Assembly: GCA_964482105.1 (NCBI GenBank)
Contig: CAYZWA010000001.1
Span: 18,806 to 42,991 of the forward strand
DNA: 24,186 bases
Direction: 5' to 3'
Source of the DNA: an uncultured Candidatus Saccharibacteria bacterium
GTDB lineage: Bacteria > Patescibacteriota > Minisyncoccia > Phycocordibacterales > Phycocordibacteraceae
Part shown: positions 16,125 through 24,186 of the stretch, piece by piece
Layout: every line of letters starts with the position of its first letter
Numbering within the stretch: the first letter of the stretch is position 1
Program-made: the position numbers and the translations under genes
The notes under the pieces: generated by a model
What the model saw: only the letters and a program-made list of their open reading frames with translations
Database searches by the model: none
What the model was told of the DNA's origin: nothing

Positions 16125-16957
16125 GACTGCGTATGCGGCGTCTCGTTACCGTGCACGGTCTGGCGTACGCGCTCGTCACAGCGCTGCTGTTCGTCGTGAA
16201 CGTTAGTAGCGTCGCACACGCGCAACAGGCGAGTGACGGGCTGATCGCACGCACGTACGCGATTATCGGCGCACAGCCGGTCTCAGGCGATCTTGTCTCG
16301 CTCGACAAGGCGGCCCAGACGCTGCACCTCTCGGCCACCACGAGCGATGAAGCGATATTCGGCGTAGTCGTGACCGATCCGGTCATCGTCCTGCGCTCCG
16401 CGAGCACGAGCGTGCCGGTCGTAACGTCCGGCGAGGCGCAGGTAAATGTCACGGCGCGCGGCGGCGCCATCGCGCCAGGCGATTTCATCACGACCTCCCC
16501 TGTGCCTGGGAAGGGACAGCGCGCGACGAGTACCGATGCTTTCGTCGTCGGCATGGCGCTCGCCTCGTTCCCTTCGACGACGACGCCTGTGGCCGCGACG
16601 ACAACCGGGAGCATCCCGGTACTGCTCCAGATAGGGCCGTACTCCGGCCATCCTCCGGCGGCCGCCTCGGGCATCTCTAACCAATCCGCACCCACCTCAG
16701 TGGCGGCTCAGACGCCCAAGATCGGTGTGCCGGTGTTCCTGAAGTACCTCATCGCCGCTGTAGTCGCGATCGGCTCGATCGTGGTCGCGTTCGTGAACTT
16801 CGGTGCGAGCGTACGGAACAGCGTCATCTCGATCGGGCGCAATCCGCTCGCACGATCTTCCATCCAATCCATGGCGGTCCTGAACACGGTTCTCATCGTG
16901 GTCGTAAGCGCCGGGGGGATCTTCATCGGGTTCGTCATCCTCTTCTTACCCTCCTAG
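16121..16957 (+). CDS. Signal peptide + exported beta-rich domain + C-terminal ATP-synthase-c-like helical hairpin lacking the acidic residue
   Basis: Signal peptide ending AHA; beta-rich domain at about aa 35-172; P/A/S linker; two TM helices joined by a GRNP loop; sits in the atpE position directly before the atpF-like gene. Confidence 0.75.
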   Translation: MRLRMRRLVTVHGLAYALVTALLFVVNVSSVAHAQQASDGLIARTYAIIGAQPVSGDLVSLDKAAQTLHLSATTSDEAIFGVVVTDPVIVLRSASTSVPVVTSGEAQVNVTARGGAIAPGDFITTSPVPGKGQRATSTDAFVVGMALASFPSTTTPVAATTTGSIPVLLQIGPYSGHPPAAASGISNQSAPTSVAAQTPKIGVPVFLKYLIAAVVAIGSIVVAFVNFGASVRNSVISIGRNPLARSSIQSMAVLNTVLIVVVSAGGIFIGFVILFLPS

Positions 16958-16967
16958 CTACCCTCGT

Positions 16968-17750
16968 ATGACTAACGCATCTCTCGGCTCTGTCTTCTCT
17001 GTCCCGGTCGGCGTGACCCTTGCCGTTCTCCTCGGATTCGTCTTCCTCGCGCTCGCGGTACTCGTCGTCGTGGTCATCCAGTTCGGTACGCGGTTACGCT
17101 ACCTGGCTTCGCCGGTCTACGACCGGATCGTCAAAGAGGCCGAAGAGAAAGCGCGGCAGATCGTGAACGTCGCAGAGGAACAGGCACGCGTCGCGCTCGA
17201 GAACGCGAAGGCCGCGGCGGTCAAAGCTTCCTCGGATCAGGCGCAGATGGATGAGCAGATGCGCCAGGAACAGAACAGGCATTTGGAAGAGATCACCAAA
17301 CGTGCCGAAGAGCTCCTCAACAAGCAAGCGCTCTCGATCACGCAGTTGTCTGAGGCGATGGCGAGCGCATTCGGCAAGCAGATGCGTGCCGCAGAGACGG
17401 TACTCGAACGTGAGACGTCCGAGATGCAAGGCGTTATCGCGAGCGAGACGAAGCGCGTGCAAGAGACGTTCTCGAACATGGCAGCGAAGGTCGACGACGA
17501 CTACGCGCAGCTCGTCAACGAGACCGGTAAGAAACTGGAAGCGGAGCTCAACGGGGAAGTACAGGCTGCGCGCGAAGCGGTCAAGGCCTATCGCGAAGAG
17601 CGCATGGCACTCCTCAACAAGGAGATCGTCAGGATCGTCGAAGATACGGCACGGATCGCACTGCATACGGTGCTCTCGCTCGAGCAGCATCGTGACATCG
17701 TCATCGCGGCGCTCGAGGAAGCGAAGCAGCAGAACGTCTTTGCGAAGTAG
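16968..17750 (+). CDS. atpF: Subunit-b-like peripheral stalk, elongated (260 aa)
   Basis: Single N-terminal TM, long EEKARQIV...A-rich coiled coil, b-like C-terminus IVRIVEDTARIALHTVLSLEQHRDIV; directly precedes the delta gene. Confidence 0.65.
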   Translation: MTNASLGSVFSVPVGVTLAVLLGFVFLALAVLVVVVIQFGTRLRYLASPVYDRIVKEAEEKARQIVNVAEEQARVALENAKAAAVKASSDQAQMDEQMRQEQNRHLEEITKRAEELLNKQALSITQLSEAMASAFGKQMRAAETVLERETSEMQGVIASETKRVQETFSNMAAKVDDDYAQLVNETGKKLEAELNGEVQAAREAVKAYREERMALLNKEIVRIVEDTARIALHTVLSLEQHRDIVIAALEEAKQQNVFAK

Positions 17751-17753
17751 CGT

Positions 17754-18293
17754 ATGGATGATGCCCGCCTCGCTACCTTCGTCGAACACACCTACAGTCG
17801 TGCCGCGTTCGCGTACCGTATCGGCGTGCTGAAAGAGTTCCTCGAGTTCGCCTTCTTCACCGCGCACTATGAGCGGATTACGGGCGAGGCCATCGACGCA
17901 TTCGGGAAAGACGGTCGCCCGGTCGCGGACATCGCCTTCCTGCGGTCGCTCCCGGCGCCGTTCTTCGACGGGCTTACGCAGGCATCGTTCTCTGCGGAGT
18001 TGGATCGGGTCGCAGACGCCGTACGTGCGCTCCCGACGCTCTCACTCACGGTCCCGGTCATGCTCGATGACGAGGGTCGGGACGCGGTAGGTGCGTGGGT
18101 GCGGAAAGAGGTCGGTCGTGACGTCATGCTCGACCTCTCGATCGATCCGGATATCGCGGCGGGGTGCCAGGTGGTATGGCACGACCGGCTGTACGACTTC
18201 AGCCTCGACCACTATCTCGGAGCCAGTCGTGCCGCCTTTGATGAGCGTGTGCGTGCGGCCCTGTCGCCCGCGGAGCCTGCTGAACGCCCATGA
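17754..18293 (+). CDS. atpH: Delta/OSCP-like subunit, divergent N-terminus
   Basis: C-terminal LSIDPDIAAGCQVVWHDRLYDFSL matches the delta/OSCP pattern (vDpslIgG.vv..gd...D.S); located between the b-like gene and alpha. Confidence 0.7.
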   Translation: MDDARLATFVEHTYSRAAFAYRIGVLKEFLEFAFFTAHYERITGEAIDAFGKDGRPVADIAFLRSLPAPFFDGLTQASFSAELDRVADAVRALPTLSLTVPVMLDDEGRDAVGAWVRKEVGRDVMLDLSIDPDIAAGCQVVWHDRLYDFSLDHYLGASRAAFDERVRAALSPAEPAERP

Positions 18294-19761
18294 ACACACC
18301 GGATGGATCGGCGGCGCGCGAAGGAGAAGTCGGCTTTGTCACGCGGGCGAAGGGGTACCTCTTCTCGCTGGAGGGTCTGCCTTCGGCGCGCGTTAACACC
18401 ATCATCGAGAATGCGAAAGGGCAGCGCGCGCTCGTCACTGCGTTGCGCGAAGATAGTGTCGAAGCGCTCCTGCTCGGCCGCGGCACTCTTGAGGCAGGCG
18501 AGCGCTTCATGCTCTCAGGCGCGCGTCTCATGTACCCGTCAGGCGAGGCGCTCCTCGGGCGTGTCGTGAATGCGCTCGGCGAGCCGATCGATGACGGCGC
18601 GCCATTTGCAGAGAGGAAGACCCCGCTTATTCTCGAGGCGGACGCGCCGACCATGAGCGCCCGTGCGCCGATGACCGTGCCGCTTCAGACGGGCATGCCC
18701 GCCGTCGACATCCTTATGCCGATCGCCAAGGGACAGCGTCAGCTCGTCGTCGGGCCGACCTCGAGCGGCAAGAACTTCTTCCTGGAGAGCGTGGTCGCGA
18801 ATCAGGCTGCGACCGAGGTCATCTGTATCTACGCGTTCATCGGCCGGCCAGCCAGTTACATCGAGGATGCGGTCGCGCGGATCTCGCATGACGGGGACAA
18901 GAACCAGCACGTCATCATCATCGCGTCATTCTCGGATGAGCCCGCGTCGATGGTGTACCTGACACCGCTCGTGGCCGTCGAGCTCGCCGAGTACTTCTCG
19001 CTCTCCGGCAAGGACGTCATCGTCGTGCTCGACGACCTCGGCGCCCATGCGAAGTATCTGCGTGAGATCGCGCTTCTGTCCGGAGAGATACCAGGCCGCG
19101 AGTCTTATCCGGGTGACCTGTTCTACCGACAGGCGAGCATGCTCGAGCGGGCCGGCCGCTTCAACAAGACGCTCGGGAACGGCAGCATCACGATCCTGCC
19201 GGTCTTGGAGACGGACATCGAGGACGTGTCGAACCTCGTATCGACCAATCTCGTGTCCGCGACAGACGGCCACCTCTTCTTCTCGCCGCTCCTGCACGCC
19301 GAGGGGGTCTTTCCGGCGATGATCCCCGCGCAGTCAGTGACCCGCGTCGGCCGCAGGACGCAGAGCACGCTCGCGACTCAGCTCTCCATACGCGCCCAAG
19401 CGCTTCTGGCAGAACAGGAGCGCCAGCAGCGGTACAGCCAATTCGGCACGCAGCTGTCGCAAAAGACGCGCCGGCTGATCACGCAAGGACAGGTGATGCG
19501 CGCGCTCCTCAATCAGGAACAGATGACCGCACTGTCGCCCGAGGCGCAGATCGTCCTGCTTGCGCTCGTATTCACCGGGCTCTTCGACGGCAAGGATGCC
19601 GCATTCGCGGCTAAAAATCGTCGCGCGCTCGTCGAAGCGGTCGCGCGGGCGCCGCAGAACGCCGCCGTCGCACCCGTGGTCGAGAGCGCGCAGCGGGGTA
19701 CCATCTCGCTCGAGCAGTTCCTGAAGAAGCTCTCCGGGGCCGTCCCGTATTTCGCTGCCGT

Positions 19762-19771
<10 letters not shown>
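18290..19771 (+). CDS. atpA: F1-ATPase alpha-like subunit (divergent)
   Basis: LLGRVVNALGEPID, PIAKGQRQLVVGPTSSGKN, DDLGAHAKYLREIALL, PGRESYPGDLFY, LLER-like MLERAG, TDGHLFF and SVTRVG motifs. Confidence 0.92.
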
Positions 19772-22296
<2,525 letters not shown>

Positions 22297-22297
<1 letters not shown>

Positions 22298-22314
22298 TCT
22301 CGTGTACACGAGAT
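22297..22314. promoter_or_regulatory. Perfect 18-bp palindrome ATCTCGTGTACACGAGAT (copy 2 of the TCTCGT-RTAY-ACGAGA motif)
   Basis: Self-complementary; starts at the last base of the epsilon stop codon. Confidence 0.7.
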
Positions 22315-22990
22315 ATGTATTACATACAACAAATATTGAAATCTCTGATAGACGAGCTTTTTGATACACTGATACCCATTGGCGAAGGTACGCACGAGGA
22401 ATCGATGAGATCAGTCTGGGTAACTTGGCATATTTTCTTGTAGTTTTGTCATTTTAAGACGGTTAATTAATCATTGCGCTTTTGCGGACGGTGATAATTG
22501 ATACACCGACCGTCTCGTGCCGTGTGTACATTTATAGGGGTGGACGTGCAGTGTTCAGAACCTGGCCTGTGAGCGATTGGCAAGACGAACAATGATAGCA
22601 AGTAATAATATAGATATTTCGTCTCATTACAGATCACATGCGGCATGCATGGAGAGGCATTGTTGATGGTCGTTAAGCCGTGATCCATACCATTCTCGCG
22701 GGGATGTTCGGATTTTTATCTGGGAGTGTGCACACACTGCGCTGTAATGCCCAGTAAGAGCGCTTGCCGCACAAAACAAGAGCATACATCCGTTGCGAGT
22801 AGCGCATTCTTCGTGGTGTGCGCATCGAACCGCGGGTGCGATACGTACATGCGCATACGCATTCTTGAGTCACCATTGATTTATGGTTCAGTGCGAGTTG
22901 TCGTTAGTCGCGCACGCTATCCACACATCATCTCGAGATGCTCCTAGGCGAACACGGAAATACAGATAAAATATAAATAAATCGTCCTAC

Positions 22991-24186
22991 ATGGTACCTC
23001 GCGCACACAGCAAAGATCGACAGATGCTCTCCTCGCGAGATGCAGCGCAAGCTGTCGGGTACACGAGCGACTATGTCTCGCGTCTGTGTCGACACGGCAA
23101 GGTCGATGGCGAGAAGAGGGGCAACGTCTGGTACATTGACATGCGCTCGCTTCGTGTGTTTGTCGAAGAGCAAAAACGTGTCCAAGAAAGTTATCACGAT
23201 CAACTCGCGCAGCAGCGCAAGGACGAGTATCAAGGACCGCGCTCCGTTCCTTCGACGCCAGCACGGAAAGATACGTCGCGCGCGCGTCGGCCACGGATAG
23301 CGTTTGCGGCGGTTGCGGTCGTCGCGGCGCTCCTGCTCGGCGCGGGCATCGCGGCCGGCAACATCCTGCCGAAGCTGTTGACGACGACTGAGGTTTCTCC
23401 AGCCGCCCACTTGAGCGCGCATCGTGTCGCGAGCACGAGCCCGCATATTGCCGCGATTGCGGCGACCCAACCGGGCTTCTCAAGCGCGCTCCTGCGCGCC
23501 GTCTCCGACTCTTTCCAAGCAGTGCAGCAGAGCGTACAGCGCGCCTTCGGTTCGCTCGGCGGCCTGTTCTCACCGGCCTCGACCGCGACCTCGACTTCGC
23601 CCTCAGGCATCACACCTGGAGTCGGGGTGACGCAAGCGACGACGTCTCCTGATACCGCGGTTCTGGCGCGAACGAACCTGTTCGCGGTGCCGGCGGGCGG
23701 CACGCTCGGTATCAATACCGACGTGAACATCCGCAACGGTCTCTCGGTCGGCAGCACGGCGGCCGTGAGCGGGAACGCGAACGTCGGCGGTACGGCGCGG
23801 ATCGGCCGGACACTCTCGGTCGGCGGTGGTGCAGACGTGCTCGGCCTGCTCTCCGCGAGCGGCGGCATCACGACCGGCGGCGCGAACGTGAACGCAGGTA
23901 CCGGCCAGGTCACCGGCGCGAACATCATCAACAAGCTCCACGCTGGTTCGAATATCACGATTACGGGCACGCCGCAGGACCCGATCATCTCGTCGACCGG
24001 CAGCAGTTTCGGTTTCTTCGGGTCGAGCAACAATGGTACGGTTACGAGCGTCACCGGCTCTGGCGGCTCGACCGGCCTCTCGCTCTCCGGCACCATCACC
24101 TCGAGCGGCGCGCTCACGCTCGGCGGGTTGCTGAACATCGGGCATGGCGGTACCGGCACCTCGTCCGCACCCTCGTACGGACAGGT
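22991..24186 (+). CDS. 5' part of a large HTH-TM-fibre surface protein (runs off the window)
   Basis: Open frame from ATG 22991 to the window end, translated by hand: MLSSRDAAQAVGYTSDYVSRLCRHGKV HTH, TM IAFAAVAVVAALLLGAGIAAG, S/T-rich linker, 6-residue Gly/beta repeats, GTVTSVTGSGG...LNIGHGGTG fibre-type repeats. Missing from the ORF track because it has no stop codon in the window. Confidence 0.85.
   Translation, partial: MVPRAHSKDRQMLSSRDAAQAVGYTSDYVSRLCRHGKVDGEKRGNVWYIDMRSLRVFVEEQKRVQESYHDQLAQQRKDEYQGPRSVPSTPARKDTSRARRPRIAFAAVAVVAALLLGAGIAAGNILPKLLTTTEVSPAAHLSAHRVASTSPHIAAIAATQPGFSSALLRAVSDSFQAVQQSVQRAFGSLGGLFSPASTATSTSPSGITPGVGVTQATTSPDTAVLARTNLFAVPAGGTLGINTDVNIRNGLSVGSTAAVSGNANVGGTARIGRTLSVGGGADVLGLLSASGGITTGGANVNAGTGQVTGANIINKLHAGSNITITGTPQDPIISSTGSSFGFFGSSNNGTVTSVTGSGGSTGLSLSGTITSSGALTLGGLLNIGHGGTGTSSAPSYGQ
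23723..23881 (+). repeat. About nine tandem 6-residue beta-strand/Gly peptide repeats
   Basis: VNIRNG LSVGST AAVSGN ANVGGT ARIGRT LSVGGG ADVLGL LSASGG ITTGG. Confidence 0.7.

Noticed and set aside
22298-22990. Small ORFs in the AT-rich spacer (22467-22688 -, 22673-22876 -, 22726-22947 +)
   Set aside because: Atypical composition and codon usage, mutual overlaps and no recognisable motif.
23230-24159. 309-aa minus-strand Pro/Val-rich ORF
   Set aside because: Mirror of the Gly/Thr-rich fibre gene on the + strand.
22991-24186. Prophage (excisionase-like HTH plus tail-fibre-like repeats)
   Set aside because: No integrase, terminase, capsid or other phage genes in the window, and the TM anchor indicates a cellular surface protein.

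Overview
GC-rich bacterial chromosome segment, standard code (TGA is used as stop in several ATGA overlaps). Gene content and style suggest Patescibacteria/CPR (Parcubacteria-like); this is inference. From left to right: a surface-glycan locus (three GT4 glycosyltransferases, a SAM methyltransferase, a Wzx-type flippase, a Wzy_C/O-antigen-ligase-family protein with a TPR-like tail); a secreted coiled-coil protein; murB; a 48-aa histone-H1-like ORF missing from the ORF track; secA; obgE; and an accessory block from about 13.7 kb to the end. That block is the main result. It is a tightly packed 8-gene operon (14964-22297) in canonical atp order (b, delta, alpha, gamma, beta, epsilon) with no subunit a and no standard subunit c. 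The atpE slot holds a signal-peptide protein whose exported beta-domain is fused to a c-subunit-like hairpin that keeps the RNP loop but lacks the ion-carrying Glu/Asp. The catalytic motifs of beta and the alpha arginine finger are intact, so this looks like an F1 motor uncoupled from ion flow. The operon is bracketed by two copies of the palindrome TCTCGT-RTAY-ACGAGA and by two paralogous membrane-anchored HTH proteins. The second of these is the start of a fibre-like surface protein that runs off the window. All alignments and counts were done by hand; no database searches were run.
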